NCBI GenBank assembly: GCA_965153355.1 | Contig: OZ231126.1 | Coordinates: forward strand, 27,218,001 to 27,282,000 | Source of the DNA: Flaccisagitta enflata | Taxonomy: Eukaryota | Reading direction: 5' to 3' | DNA: 64,000 bases | Shown: positions 27,726 through 41,265 of the stretch, piece after piece | Layout of the letters: each line of letters opens with the position of its first letter | Numbering within the stretch: position 1 is the stretch's first letter | The notes under the pieces: generated by a model | Database searches by the model: none | The model's input: only the letters and a program-made list of their open reading frames with translations | Told to the model about the DNA's origin: nothing | Translations under genes and position numbers: made by a program

Positions 27726-30003
27726 GATACAGAAAGCAAAAAAGAAAGCAGGGAAATAGGGGACAGACCAAGTAAAGTGACTGAAAGAAAGAATAAAAGA
27801 GCCAATGTAGGACCATAGGAAAGACAGAAAAAAAAGAAAGGAAGAAAGAAAGAAAGAAAGAAAGAAAAAAGGAAAAAAAATGAAAAACAGAAAGCAAAGA
27901 ATTAGTGAATCAAAGAAAAGAAAACAAGAAAGAAAAGAGTGAATGGATAAATGCATAAAGAAACAAAGAAAGACGAAAACAAAACAGAAAGAGAGAAAAA
28001 GGGGAAAGAGAGAGCTTTTTTTTTCTCCGCTTCACTTTGGCAAAAATGCTTGAGAGCGCAACCTCCTGACGGAGACGGAAATCGTGAAATTTGTTGGCTC
28101 TCTTCACACACACACACACAAACAAATCATTTTTTTATTATGCAAATGATATTTGATTAGTCTTATAGGACAGAGGACTCTTCGCAAATGTTATGACCAC
28201 TTTCAAGTACACAGTTATATATATGTTAATATACGCATTGACGTCGCGGAGAGTGGACAAAAATATTAAGGCAGATCCTGATCATGATTTCGATCTTGTC
28301 TCTTGGCTTATTTCTTCCTCTTTTTTTCTTTCCTTTTATATCTAGTTCGTGATGTCAGTTGGCAACCGGAACTTTGTTTAAAGATCGCGAATAAGAAACA
28401 TTTTGTAGAATTGGAAGAGGCAAACATTGTCTTTTATAAGCATATAAGCGGAGACAATAATATGATACATGAAAGGGGAAAGTCTGTTTCAAGAAATTTT
28501 AAACATTTTAACAAGCCAGCGATCGGCTGGGCAGAGCCTGGGGTAAAGTTTTAAAAGCATGTTCCCCCCTCCCCCCACAGGGAGGGGAGAGGAAATAAAA
28601 TCAAAGGATTTGGAAATGGGTCAGGAAATCTAAGGGTAGAATAACCAAAAGAAAGATATGGAAGATTTTAAACTATTTTAGACTATTTTAGGATTTTTTC
28701 CTATGGGGGGAATACGAACCTTAAACCAAAATATTACTATAGAGGGAGTATATGGGGAAGATAATCAAATGTAGTTTGACCCCCCCCCCCCGAAGTCAAA
28801 GGACCAGGGGAAGGAGAAATCAAAGGTCGTGCAACTACATACACCCCTGATACACCCCTGATATTGTTCCACCTATCATACAGGTCAGGGACTACGCAGA
28901 ACAACCGATGACAAACCACTCTAAAGTGGACGGACACACGCACTGTCAATTTAAGTCGCGAATATGATATTAAAGCTAAGCGAAAAAAAGGTGACAAATT
29001 TATAGGGATAATATGGCAGGTCATGTCTTCATGACATTTACGATAGAAAATGAAAAATTGCAAAATGATTTCCACAAGCCCGCAGATTCAAATCATATAA
29101 GACAAGCATTAATTTAGAACAAAATTTTTTACCGGAGAAATGCAGGAATAGAGAAAGTGAACAAACAAGAAAAGTTGTAAACCAAGCCAAAAACAGACTA
29201 GACAATCCTTAAGAAGTGGAAGAAGAAGAAGAGCAAGAAGAAGAAGAAAAAAAAGAAGAACAAGAAGACGCAGAAGAAAAAGAAGAAAATAAAGAGGAGA
29301 AGAGAAAGAAAAGCAGAAGATAAAAAGGAAGAAGAAGAAGAAGAAGATGAAGAAGAAGATGAAGAAGAAGAAGAAGAAGAAGAATAAGAAGAAGAAGAAG
29401 TAGGAGACGAAGAGGAAGAATTTTGAGGCAGGTGTTAAACTGGCGGTAGTAGCAGCTAGCAGTAGTGGCGGTTTCCCAACGCCGGTGATTTCTCGGGGCG
29501 GCAAAAATGCCTTTTTAACGCACGATGGTGTCAATTTGAAGCAGTCAAAGCGTGTGATGACTAATGTTCCTGTGTGTAGTGTTATTACTTACTAGGAAAG
29601 AAAAAAAATAAACAAGGAAAGAGAAAAGATATAGTGCTAGAAAAAAAAAAGATAGAAAAAAAAAGAGATAGAAGATAGAAGGAAGAAGACCGCAGAAGAA
29701 GAAGAAAGGAAGAGTGAAGAAAAATGCAGGAAAAAAATGGAAAATAGAATGTAAAAGAAAAAGATGAAAAGAAAAGAAGAAAGAAAGGAAGAAAGAAAAA
29801 AAAATGGGAGAAAACAAACCGAAACGTCGTCTGAGGCAAATCCATACCACAGAATTGGCTTACAATTTACCGGATTTCGGCCGAAAACTTTTTTTTAATT
29901 TTTGGGTTGGGTGAATCTTTTAAGAAGAGGTCAGTGACAATGTTCTTTCTCTCACACTCTCAAGCCTCTTCTCATGTTTTGTGAATGTCTCCGATTTGTC
30001 AGT

Positions 30004-30077
30004 AAGTCGATTGTCTCTAGTTCAAATAAGTCGATTGTCTCTAGTTCAAATAAGTCGATTGTCTCTAGTTCAAATAA
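30004..30077. repeat. 24-bp tandem repeat x3
   Basis: aagtcgattgtctctagttcaaat three times; a 32-bp duplication follows at ~30257-30322. Confidence 0.85.
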
Positions 30078-30482
30078 AAGCAAGTTGTATGCTTTCTTAA
30101 TTTACAGTAAAGCCATAACAGACGGCTTTAAATTGCTTTTTAGTTTAGGGTTGGTTTTTTTTTTTTCGTTTTTTTTTAATTTTTTTTTGTTGTTGTTGGT
30201 TTTTTTATTTAGTTTTTATTTACTTTTTCCCCTTCTTTTCTTTTCAGCCATTTAAAATCTAGCTTGGGAAATATGCTCCCAACCTCAGATCTAGCTTGGG
30301 AAATATGCTCCCAACCTCAGATTTAGCCCCCAAAATTTATTTGCAATGAATAGCCTCAAAAATTCATTTGCAATTAATACAGTAACTAGTTACCAAGGGT
30401 CATTAAATGTAGATCGCATATTGTAGATCTGCATATTGTCAGCTGAAAATGCATAACCAATTTTAATAACCTCACAAAATAA

Positions 30483-30758
30483 GAACAAGGCCAAGTAGGC
30501 CAACGATGCGTCCTCTTTGAATGAACGTTTTTTCCAAACATTTGAATGTTTTTTTTTGAATGAAATGAATGAATGAATGATTGAATAAATAATTACTTGA
30601 TGTGTGCTTTTTCTGGGGTAGAACCGCGCTATGTTAAAAATGCTTGATTTTGATGTTTTTAATGAATGCGTTACCGACCGACCGACCGACCAACCGACCG
30701 ACCAACCAACCAACCAACCGATGGACACATTATAGAGATGCGAGGACGCATCTTAAAT
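30483..30758 (-). mobile_element. HINE-like element (GATGCGAGGACGCATC subfamily)
   Basis: aacaaggccaagtaggcc hairpin, gatgcgtcc subTIR, (GACC)n, agatgcgaggacgcatct palindrome. Relatives at ~30829-30942, 41349-41631, 54408-54550 and 56054-56188. Confidence 0.65.
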
Positions 30759-31652
30759 GAATAATTTAAACAATTAAAAATGAATAATCATGAAAGACAG
30801 AAAACCTTAAAACTTCCACAAAATGAAAAAGGCCAAGTAGGCCAATAACGTGTGGATCGTCGAACGAATGCGTTACCCCACAGACAGACCAACCGACCAA
30901 CGGACACAGCCAGTTATAGAGGTGCTTTGTCGCACCTAAAAGGCAAAAAACTTTTTTTTTCATTTTTGTACAAATTATGTGTCGGTTCGAACATAAACGA
31001 ATGAATGAAGAAATCTGAAGAGAATTTTGATCTATTTTAAGCAGTTATATCCTTCGACGCGCACGAAGTTACTTAACCACAAAAACAAAACCTGAACTCG
31101 TAGTTTTGATACGCGAACAAGGTAGTAATTGAGGATATTCTTTCTCTTAGTGACGGGGATTTACAAGAACGCGGAATGAATTAAGTATTTAGGAAGTAAG
31201 AACTCGAGGTCGAACTTAACTGGTCGCTCAGGCAAGGCTGCTTGCGATGCACAAAATGCTAGATACACCAAAAAGCGGGACACTACACATAAGGACACAC
31301 GACCAACACAGTGTGCGCACGATCTCTTGAATTAATGAGATTGCTATCTTGCCTTAGTCTTGTTGTACCATCTTGAAGCATTGGTACGTTAGCACATTGG
31401 AACAAGTACAGTACGACGGGAGCAAAGACGACCTAGACTGAAGGATAGATTTTTGATATTTTTATTTTGTTTGATTTATAAAAAAAAAATTGAGATCTAT
31501 GCTAATTAAAGGTTGTTTTATTGCTTGAATATGTAAGTTTTTCTCATTCTTCAATTTGTGACTTGACTTTATCAGGACTTCATTTTTTAATATTCTCACC
31601 TAGCCTATCAGATCGGGCTAAAAATTTTATATACTATAGAAAAAAAAATCTT

Positions 31653-33016
31653 AAAAGAGTATGGGTCCGCGACTGGGGTCAGAGCGGCGTTGTAAAACGG
31701 CGTTGTCATACGCGCAGTCAGCGCAGCGTTGTCATACGGTATCATGCAACGTTGTCAAACGCCGTCAAGCGCAAATGTTGTCAAACAGCGTTGCATCGCC
31801 CTGGCGGCGTTATCATACGGCGTTGTCGCCGCAGCGTTGTCATACAACGTTATTATAGCGTTATCATACAGCGATTGTCACTCGGCGTATCAACAACGTT
31901 ATCCAAAACAGCGACTATCATAACGGTGTCGCCACAGCATTGTCTCTGGCTATCTGCTGCTTTATCAAGCCAGCGTTGTAAAACAGCGTTATCGGCATGC
32001 GATTAATCAACAACGTTGTCAAGCTGGCTGGGTATCAAACGGCGTTGTCAATACAGCGTTAATCAACAACGTTAATCAAACGGCGTTGTCAAAACAAGGC
32101 GTTGTCAAACGGCGTTGTCAAATAACGTTGTCAAACGGCGTTGTCAAACGTTGTCAAGTGGCGGATACAGCCGAGTCTGGCCCGGATGGCATGCTGCATA
32201 ATCTTTAAAATCAAATACATATGTTGAGTCCTTCTTTAGAGACTACATACCATTTTAACCAAATCGGTTGAAAAATGCCCAAGTTATGCACGTTTTTCAC
32301 TTTTAGGCTGGTGGGCAGGTTGGGTGGTAGGCTGGTTTGGCCGATTTAGCATTCTAAAATATTTGCAAATCATATACATATGTTGAGTCCTTCCATTTAG
32401 ACACTACATACCAAGTTTTAACCAAATCAGTTGAAAAATGCCAAAAGTTATGCCGTTTTTTCCTTTTAGGCTATGTAGTTGGGTGGTAGGCCGGTTTTGT
32501 CCGGTTAGCATGCTAAAATCTTTACGAATAGAATACATATGTTGAGTCCTTCTATTTAGAGATTACATACCAAGTTTTAACCAAATTGGTTAAAAAATGC
32601 CAATTATGCACGTTTTTCACTGGAAGCTGGTAAAGGCTGGTTGGGTGGGCCAGAGCCCTGTTGGCCCAGTTGGTATGCTAAATGTACACACAGTTCAAAC
32701 CACGCTATGTTGAGTTGCCATTTAGGGACACATAAATTTTAGCAAATCGGTAGAAAAAATGCCGAGATTATGCATGTTTTTTTTTTCACTTTTAGGCTGG
32801 TAGGCTGGATGTTGGGCCGGTGGGTGGTCAGGATCATCATGCCACCTGGCTGCAAGCGGCTTGCCTGGCCACAACTTCCCTCCAAATATGAAGCAAATCG
32901 GTGAAGCGTTCAAGGATGGCATTTCCCAAAAGTGTGGGCGACGACGGCTCGCAGCGACGACGGCACCCACCGCCTCGGGTTATAGTCGCGTCAGAATATT
33001 CCGTCGCGGACAAAAA
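31653..33016 (-). mobile_element. HINE family C carrying 13-bp and 162-bp tandem repeats
   Basis: Ends aaagagtatgggtccgcgactgggg and gtcgcgtcagaatattccgtcgcggacaaaaa match the copy at 61238-63098. Confidence 0.75.
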
Positions 33017-33099
33017 TCAATTCAGCCGACTGTTTGCAGGTTTACGTTATTTCGGAATAATTATGTAGAAAATTGATACCTGAACAAAACTTAAAATAT

Positions 33100-33688
33100 A
33101 TCTCTCATAGCAAGATCAGGTAATGCTGTTGCAGTAGGTTTTTACAGTTTTGTATAAGTCTTAGCTCTGTTGAACTAATGAGACCTGTCTGTCAAGAAAG
33201 CCTTTTTGAGATTTTCATCTATATTAATGGTTTTTTTAAAAGCTGTTTTGCTGAGATTTTATTAGCTTTGAAAATTTTTTTTGTCAGCATATTTGAATTC
33301 CTGATGAGTACCACTACTCATTTGATGGTCATACTATACAATTTATCAAAAATAAAATTTTCAATTTCCTAAACCACCATTACAATTTTACCAGCAGTGG
33401 CCAAAAATTAGAAATTGTATTTTTATTAAAGAAAGACCTGCATGTTGCGACTTATCAATGAATGGGCTTTGTCAGGGTACAAAATTTTGCTGACAAATGA
33501 GCCACTGAGTCACCCGGTTAATCTGGCAAAATAAGGTTAAAAGCCATCAATTTTTGTGAAAATCTCAAAAAGCGCTCTTGACAAGATTTTTTTTTCATTA
33601 GTTCCAGTAAATAGATCTCAGATTCTATGCAAAACAGTAAAAAAACCTACTGCAATGTTACTTTTTACCTGATCTTGCTATGAGAGGG
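33100..33688. mobile_element. Foldback MITE (CTCTCATAGCAAGATCAGG TIRs)
   Basis: tctctcatagcaagatcaggtaa is inverted as ttacctgatcttgctatgagaggg|ta. Confidence 0.7.
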
Positions 33689-34926
33689 TAGTGAACAGGC
33701 ATACAACCTGTAAAAATGGTCTGATTGAGCTGATTTTTTTTAAAAATTATATATATAAAATTGTTTGCTCAATCTGATGAGCTAAGTTAAAACATTGAAA
33801 AATGAAGTCCTGATGAACTCAAGCAACTTTAATTAGCATAGATTTTAATTTTTTTTATACATCAAATACAATTAAGATGCTTATAATATATCCTCCAGTC
33901 TAGGCCGTCTTTGCTCCCTTCGTACTGTACTTGTTCCAATGTGCTAACGTACCAATGCTTCAAGATGGTACAACAAGACTAAGGCGAGATAGCAATCTCA
34001 TTAATTCAAGAGATCGTGCGCACACTGTGTTGGTCGTGTGTCCTTATGTCTAGTGTCCCGCTTTTTGGCGTATCTAGCATTTTGTGCATCGCAAGCAGCC
34101 TTGCCTGAGCGACCACTTAGTCTTTCCATTTCTATGCAAAACTAAATGTCACTTCTCGATGATCGTGGATAAGGGGGGGTTAATATGCAAAAAAAAAAGG
34201 AGGTGTTGCACAGAGCTGCTCTTAGACATCCAAAAACGCATGCATCATGTTATTGTATGTTTTCACTATTTCAGTTGATATATCGACCAACCAGCAGTTC
34301 ATAAAGACACTTAGCATAGGGCATTCATTTAGTCCTTATTATTTAGCATAATGTTTTGTTTAAGAATTAAAAACTTGCAGTGGATCTTAACTGGAGATAA
34401 AAAAAACTGAGATTTGAGTAATTTTGTACTTTACTGTACTGTACATCTCATCATTGAAACATGTTTTATCCCAATTATCTGTGATCATTTTTATTTAATT
34501 TTGTCCTAAACAATGTTATCAATCATGTGTATATCTTTCCATTTACCCATTTCTTTCTGTTGAAATAGTAGGAACAACTGCTGTTCAAATTAATCTTCGT
34601 TTTATTTTTAGAAACCAAGTTCACTTATATTTCTAGAAGGTGTCTAAACCGGTTAAGTTTACCATGACATGCGCAATGAAAACACATCTGGGAGATGTTT
34701 TGTTTTTACTACCGGTTTAAAATCCCCAAAAGACCCCTGATGACGTTAAGTGTTTTATTACATTACTCTGCAGCTCGCTTATGGTTAAAGTAAACAAATT
34801 GCGTTTGTCTGTCAGTTTTTCTCTTTTTTTCTTTGTTTTTTTTATTGGTTTTCTTGTCTGATAATCTGTCAATCTATGCCTCAGTATTTCTCTCGATGAC
34901 CTGTCTTTCTTACTTTCTTTTTGTTG

Positions 34927-35000
<74 letters not shown>

Positions 35001-35554
35001 CATAAGATGGAGGTTTAGCACTATACTCTATAGGTCATTTGTGCTATACCAGGTATCAGGTCGTTGACACAATGTAAGATAGAGATTAATACGTATCAGA
35101 ACTTCAAAGGATGACATTTTTCTGGACAGATAAAAAAGTTCGAAGTCGCTCGTTCGCGTTCGTTTTGAAAAATTGATAAAAAAGTTGGACGTCGAAACCT
35201 AAATATTTTAGTTGTAAGCAGGTCCACAGGTCTATTCGCATTTTTCGCAACCTTGAGGTCTTTGCGACGCCAATATTAAAGTGAGCAAACCATTATCGAT
35301 ATTGTCAATAGTCTATGTTCCAAAAATCTAAAGTTACAAATATGTTGCGGTGATGCAACCGGGCGAGTGAGCGAGCATGCTTTGAAAATTGTTTACAACA
35401 ATCATAGAATGAAAAACCAGGCTGAATACACACATGGCAAAGAAATTTAGCGACCATGCGAGTCCAGGGACCACAATGCCCAAATCTGGAAACGTCAATA
35501 AAGTAGTTGCCTGATCATCCAACAGCCGAACGGACGAACTGACAAATCGAGATA

Positions 35555-36165
35555 CCGGGTCATCAGCCTGAGATGCCGGATTCTGTTAAGCTTTTACTCA
35601 AAGATGCCACATATCTTGGATTTCATACTGATTGTGTCTTAAAGAGCATAGATTGACGTTTTTTGTATCAAAATTTCATCAAAATCGGTAAAGTAGTTTA
35701 GATTTTACAAGTCTTTGAAGTAAAAACTAATTTTCTCTCAATGGCAGAATTTTCAATAAAATTCATGAAAGAGAACAGTTTCAAATTTCACTCTTTTTTG
35801 AACAGTTAGAGTGGGAAACATTTCAACGGTCTAGTATGAAAAAAAAATTGATGTAGTTTCATAAATTTGTCAAATCATCTTTTATTCAGGATTAATCATG
35901 TGTCTCTGGCTCAAAATATTGCAAAATACGAGAATGAGGGAAAAAGCTGATCCTCTATTTTCCCATCAAAAAACAGAAGTGGCAGAAAATAAGTTTTTTA
36001 CTTAAATACATGTAAAATCTAAACTACTTGACCAATTTTGATGAAATTTGGATACAAAAAACGTCAATCTATACTCTTTAAGAGACAATCAGTGGGAAAT
36101 CTGTGATATGTGATATCTCAGAGTAAAAGCTTAACATTATCCGGCATCTCAGGCTGATGACCCAG
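35555..36165. mobile_element. Mariner-like foldback MITE, TA TSD
   Basis: ta|ccgggtcatcagcctgagatgccgga ... tccggcatctcaggctgatgacccag|ta; ~170-bp complementary arms. Confidence 0.8.
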
Positions 36166-37796
36166 TATTCATACGCGCGCGACCGAAAACTAAGATTAAC
36201 AAGGCTGTCTTTGTCATGTCTTTACCAAGAGACAGAGTGCCGTCCATGTTAATCGGACTGCTTGTCTTTTAATTAAAATTCCGTTGGACAAATTTACCGT
36301 CGTGACGGTTTGCTTACATTACACGCTTTTTTTTCTTGTTGAATTTTCATTCTTTACCTTCTGATCCTAGCGTGTGAAGGCCAAAACGAAAAAAAAATAC
36401 TCCACGGTTTTACTTTTGACGTGAAAGGGCTAAAGGAAGTCTTAAAAAGTTAAAAGAAAGTTCCAGAAACTTAAGACAGTGAATTCAAAATGCTAATAGA
36501 AATAAAGTCACCGTAAGCTCAAATGTTGAATGTCTTGTTTGGATAGTGTCGGGTAAAACCGCGAGGGAAAAGAAGATAAAAAAAAATTCATAAAAGTTTC
36601 ATTGGAGTCGACCTGGTACAAACAACTACGACATCTGACTCTACAAAACTGAAGGAAAACTTGTGTCAATACCCGGCGCCATGGAGGCAAGAAAATTCTC
36701 GATATTACCTGTTATCGCGTTTAAAACATTTTTGACGCGTCTACGCATCTCTACAACACGCTTCTTCCGTAGACCTGTCCTCCTACTGATAATATAAAGA
36801 AATTGACTAAAACATTGAGAATTCATTGACATTTTCCATGTGCAGGATATGACACGGGATAATTTAGGGTGGAATTCCATATTCATGCATAAGATAAAAG
36901 ATTTTCATGATAGCTGTTTTTTTCCTTAAATTTTTGATAAGGGCCTTTCTGCACCTTAGGTTAAGACATATTTTGCATATTGGCAAGCTTAATTACCCCT
37001 ACAACTTTCAGAAAATCATTTTTTCCTAATTTTCTATAATTTTGAATGTTTTAGCTACTGTTAAACAGTAATTAAAAAATATTGATTTACAGTCATCCAT
37101 TGAAAAATGATAAGAAAATAAAAACATGTCCCTTGATCTAGCCATCAGTGAAATCTGCAAGTCTTCTTCTGCTTTTATCAAAGTTTAACATTATTTTGAA
37201 AATAAGAGATATCAAGATCAAAATTTTTCTATTTTGTCACCTGACCAGTGTCCACTGAAAATAACAAAAATCAATAAAACCATGAATGTGCAACTCCTGT
37301 AAATTAGTATATCTAAAGTCGTATGTTTTAGAAAATGCAAATATTTTACCCATTTAACAGATTTGTTCTTTTCAAGATAGACTTATCACATTTTTTGTTA
37401 CACATCTTTGCCCTACTTTTTCTCTGAATCATGTTTCAGAGGATTGTTACAATCATTCCAGTGACAATAAATTTGGCTATGTGTTTGCTTTTCATACCAT
37501 TTGCTTGCTGACAATAACCATTTATTGTATTTTAGAGAATATTTATTATAAACTTGAAAAAAATGACTCATAAGTGCACAAATAAAAAAATTGATACAAT
37601 TGTGCAGCATGTCATATGGACTAAGGTTGAGGAAGCGCCGAAGCGGTAGACCGCTTCCAATGTAGTGGGTGGGATAGCTACTAGTAGAGGCGGGCATGAA
37701 AATCGACAACACTAAAGTTGACGCATCATTGCCCCCCCTCCTCCCCCTTCTTCTGGGCGCTCACCCTTGCAAATGCTAAATACTTCCATTTACCTA

Positions 37797-39438
37797 CAGT
37801 ACGATGGGAGCAATGACGACCTAGACTGGAGGATAGATTTAAGTTTTTTTAATTTCGATTGATTTACAAAAAAAATAAGATCTATATCAATTATAGGTAA
37901 TTTTATTGCTTGAATGTATTAGCTTTTTTCATTCTTCAACTTGTGACTTGACATCATCAGGACTTAATTTTTCAATGTTCTAACCTAGCCCATCAGATCA
38001 GGCTAAAAATTTTAAATAATTTTTATTATCTTTACAGGTTTTACAGTTATTTTTCAAAAAGAACAATTATGTAAATCAATATCTGAGCAAAGCTTAAAAC
38101 AGGTATAAAACCTGTAAAAATGGATCGATTAGGCTGATTTTTTTTTTATATATGTAAAATGTTCTGCCCAATCTGATGAGTTAGGTTAAAATATTAAAAA
38201 ATGAAGTCCTAATGAAGTCAAGTCACAAATTGAAAAATGAGAAAAGCTAATATATTTACGCAATAAAGCAACCTTTAATTACCATAGATCTCAATTTTTT
38301 TATGAATCAAATCAGATTAAGGTACCTAAAATCTGAGATATGACGTGGCCCAAAATGGGGCCGCTGTATGGTCCCGCAACGCGGACAGTTATAGCGGGAT
38401 TACACTGATAACAATTTTTTTTCATTCCCTCATAAAGAAGAAAAGACAACAAAGTTATAAGTTGGACCTTTAGTGGACTTACAGCAGATGTTGTTCTCTT
38501 GCCTTACCTGGATCAAAAAACTCTTGGAAACAGAATCTCATGAGAAGAAAAGAAAGAGACAGAAAAATGACAAAAAAGAGATAGAAAAGAAAAGAAAAGA
38601 AGAAAAGAAGAAAAGAAAAGAAAAGAAAGAAAAACATACCCTGAAATTACAATAATCCATCTGCATATAATGATGTAGCTTAACCTTTTTGGTGATTTTC
38701 ATGAGTTTTGGACTTGTGTAGTACAGAGAGATGGATGGACAGACAGACGGACGCACAGATGGACAAAGCAATGGACGGACCAATGGACAGCCAAAGCCTC
38801 TTATAGAGATGTGTAGACATCTAAAAGAGGGAAAGGGGCTTTCCAAAACATATCTTCCAAACTTTTTTTATTTTTTGTCATCAAGACCATTTAGACATTT
38901 CTAGCTCAATCCATTGAGTAAGGAGCTCTAATGAAAAAAATTTTTCTCAACAAATGAAGATTAAATTAGGCCCTAACTGTAAATGTATGCTTTGTTTCAA
39001 ATCAACAAGGTGGACAAAGTATCTAAAAGTATCTAACTCAGACCGATGAAACTATGAATCTAATACTAGAAAAAAAGACAAAGACTGAGAGACAGACAGA
39101 GGACAGCGCAATTGCCTTTATTTTTGGGAGTTAAGTAGGGAGGAAAGGAAAAACAGAGGAAGAGAGGAAAAAGAAATTGAGAAAATGGAAGCTGCGCTTA
39201 TCAAAGGTTTTTGACCCACCACAGCGGGAACAATAACAGTAACTTACAGCGGGAAACATAAGTTGACTCATAACGTTGTTGGTTTTATGAACTGATACGA
39301 AACAATTTGAAGCAAGTTATGATGTGAAGGTCGACGTAACTTCCGCTGTAAGGCACCGTATAGCGGCTACATTTGGGCTGGCGTCATATATGTAAAATCT
39401 ATTCTCCAGTCTAGGTCGTCTTTGCTCCCATCGTACTG
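37797..39438. mobile_element. CAGTACGA-family foldback MITE with nested insertion
   Basis: ta|cagtacgatgggagcaatgacgacctagactgg ... ccagtctaggtcgtctttgctcccatcgtactg|ta. Confidence 0.8.
38335..39392. mobile_element. hAT-like element with 8-bp TSD
   Basis: Imperfect TIR gagatatgacgtggcccaaaatg / catttgggctggcgtcatatatg, flanked by TAAAATCT (38327-38334 and 39393-39400). Confidence 0.65.
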
Positions 39439-40302
39439 TATATTTTGAAAGTTGTCAATTCATTTCCACACATTCGTCATTTAGAGTTAACATGCGCTCT
39501 TTCCAAGCGCCAAAAGTTTCCGAGACAACATGAAATGAAGTTCGTACTAACAAGAGTACGACAAAAATCAGAAAGAGATCTTGCAAGGTCTGTGGAAACT
39601 TTAATATATAACTATAACATAATAACTATTCTTCTTTGGTTTAGCCGCCTCCTATCCCATAGCGCCTCCACCTATTTGTGCTCCCAGAACGATGATTTTT
39701 AGTCATAGGCTCGTGACTTCATTATTTCCATGTATATCTGGGGCTTCTTTTAAGGGGGGGGGGGAAGGATTCTGAGGGGTTTGCATTTGACTGCCCATTA
39801 AGCCAGTGCCCCAACGAAAAGGCACTAATACTGTCTGCACTGAAGCATAGGGTAGAGCAAATATGTTTTTTCGATGTTTGGTCGCGGGCAGTGCAAACAT
39901 AAATAAATGTTTGAACTTGATTAGTTGATTTATTAACTGCCATCAGAAAAAATTAACCCCTTGGAAGAAAGTAAATATGACGAGAAAAAGTCTTTGACAA
40001 GACAAACAGCCAAAACATAAAGCTAAAGGGATAAGGACAAAAAGAATCAACAGGACAGAAAGAAAACTTTGTCAAAAAGGCTCTTCTGGCTCTCGTCCGA
40101 GTGCAAGAAAATTGCCTTTTGGTTATTGAAAACAACAAAGCAACCAAAAAAGAGAAAATTGTTACATGTTAATCCATCAACGAATAGATCGCTTGACTGC
40201 ATTCGATCCTATCGTCAGCCTTAATATGAAAGAAATCGATCATCAATACTATCGTCAATAAACAAGCCTCAATACTGCGTGGCTTTGTGACTAGGTAAGT
40301 GT

Positions 40303-40340
<38 letters not shown>

Positions 40341-41204
40341 CGATAGTGTATTATTAGCTATTCAGCTGAAGTCATATTAAAATTTCTTAAATCAGCCAAC
40401 TTCTAATAGGAAAGTAACGAAATCTTTCAACAGTTGCAAATACTTTCTAAAATAAAGCGAGGCTAGATATCCATGAAACAGCATTATATCACGCCTTCAA
40501 TCACGACTAGCATGCAGAGGGAGAAGCGAATGAGAACAGGGTACCGAAACCGCCCCTTCATCAAGTTTTGCTAGACTGGTTTTGCACGTATATGAATGAC
40601 ATCTTTAATCCTTGAGCCGTATTAGAAAAAGCTTAAGCTCAATCATCGACGCGAATTTATCCAGACAGATCTTAGATCTTCAAAAATGTATAGATAGTTA
40701 ATGTAGAAACAAGTGACGCGGGGTCACAATATCGTTGCGGATGGGTGGGCAATGGGCAGGGGCGGCCAACCCCCATCCACACCCAACTCACCTTCCCATA
40801 TCGCCCATAAACAAAAAGCTTCCAGAACGCTAGTTTTTCCCACTTTTCGACTCAATCACCTTTAGTCTTTACGGACGGACCGACGGACGGACCGACAAAG
40901 CCTCTTGTATAGATGCGTGTCCGCGACAAAAAAAAAGAGCCTACAAAATTTACAGAGGAAAAAAATCAATTCTTGGAGGAGAATCAAAAAGACAAGAAAG
41001 CGGCGCGGATGGAAGAACAAATCCTTTTTAATACTCATTAGAATGCTAAGTCACATATCAAATAACACAATAGATATTTGAAGAGTTTTGCTAGACCGGT
41101 ACTGTCCGAGAGAAAGCCTTCTTGCGAACACATAGGACGGTTTACATGATGGGTCCCGCGCGATATCGTTGTTTGTCTGTCGTTCTGTCTGTCTGCACAC
41201 ACAC

Positions 41205-41265
<61 letters not shown>

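Larger units (their letters stand above)
31409..33927. mobile_element. CAGTACGA-family foldback MITE with two nested insertions
   Basis: ta|cagtacgacgggagcaaagacgacctagactg ... cagtctaggccgtctttgctcccttcgtactg|ta. Confidence 0.8.
31221..34115. repeat. 188-bp near-perfect inverted repeat pair (31221-31408 / 33928-34115) flanking a MITE
   Basis: Base-by-base comparison shows only 3 mismatches between the arms. Confidence 0.9.

Noticed and set aside
28532..28860. Possible hAT-like element ending in tacacccctg
   Set aside because: A matching left TIR and TSD could not be defined with confidence.
29109..29850. Phe/Leu-rich ORFs resembling membrane proteins
   Set aside because: Reverse translation of (GAA)n/A-rich low-complexity sequence.
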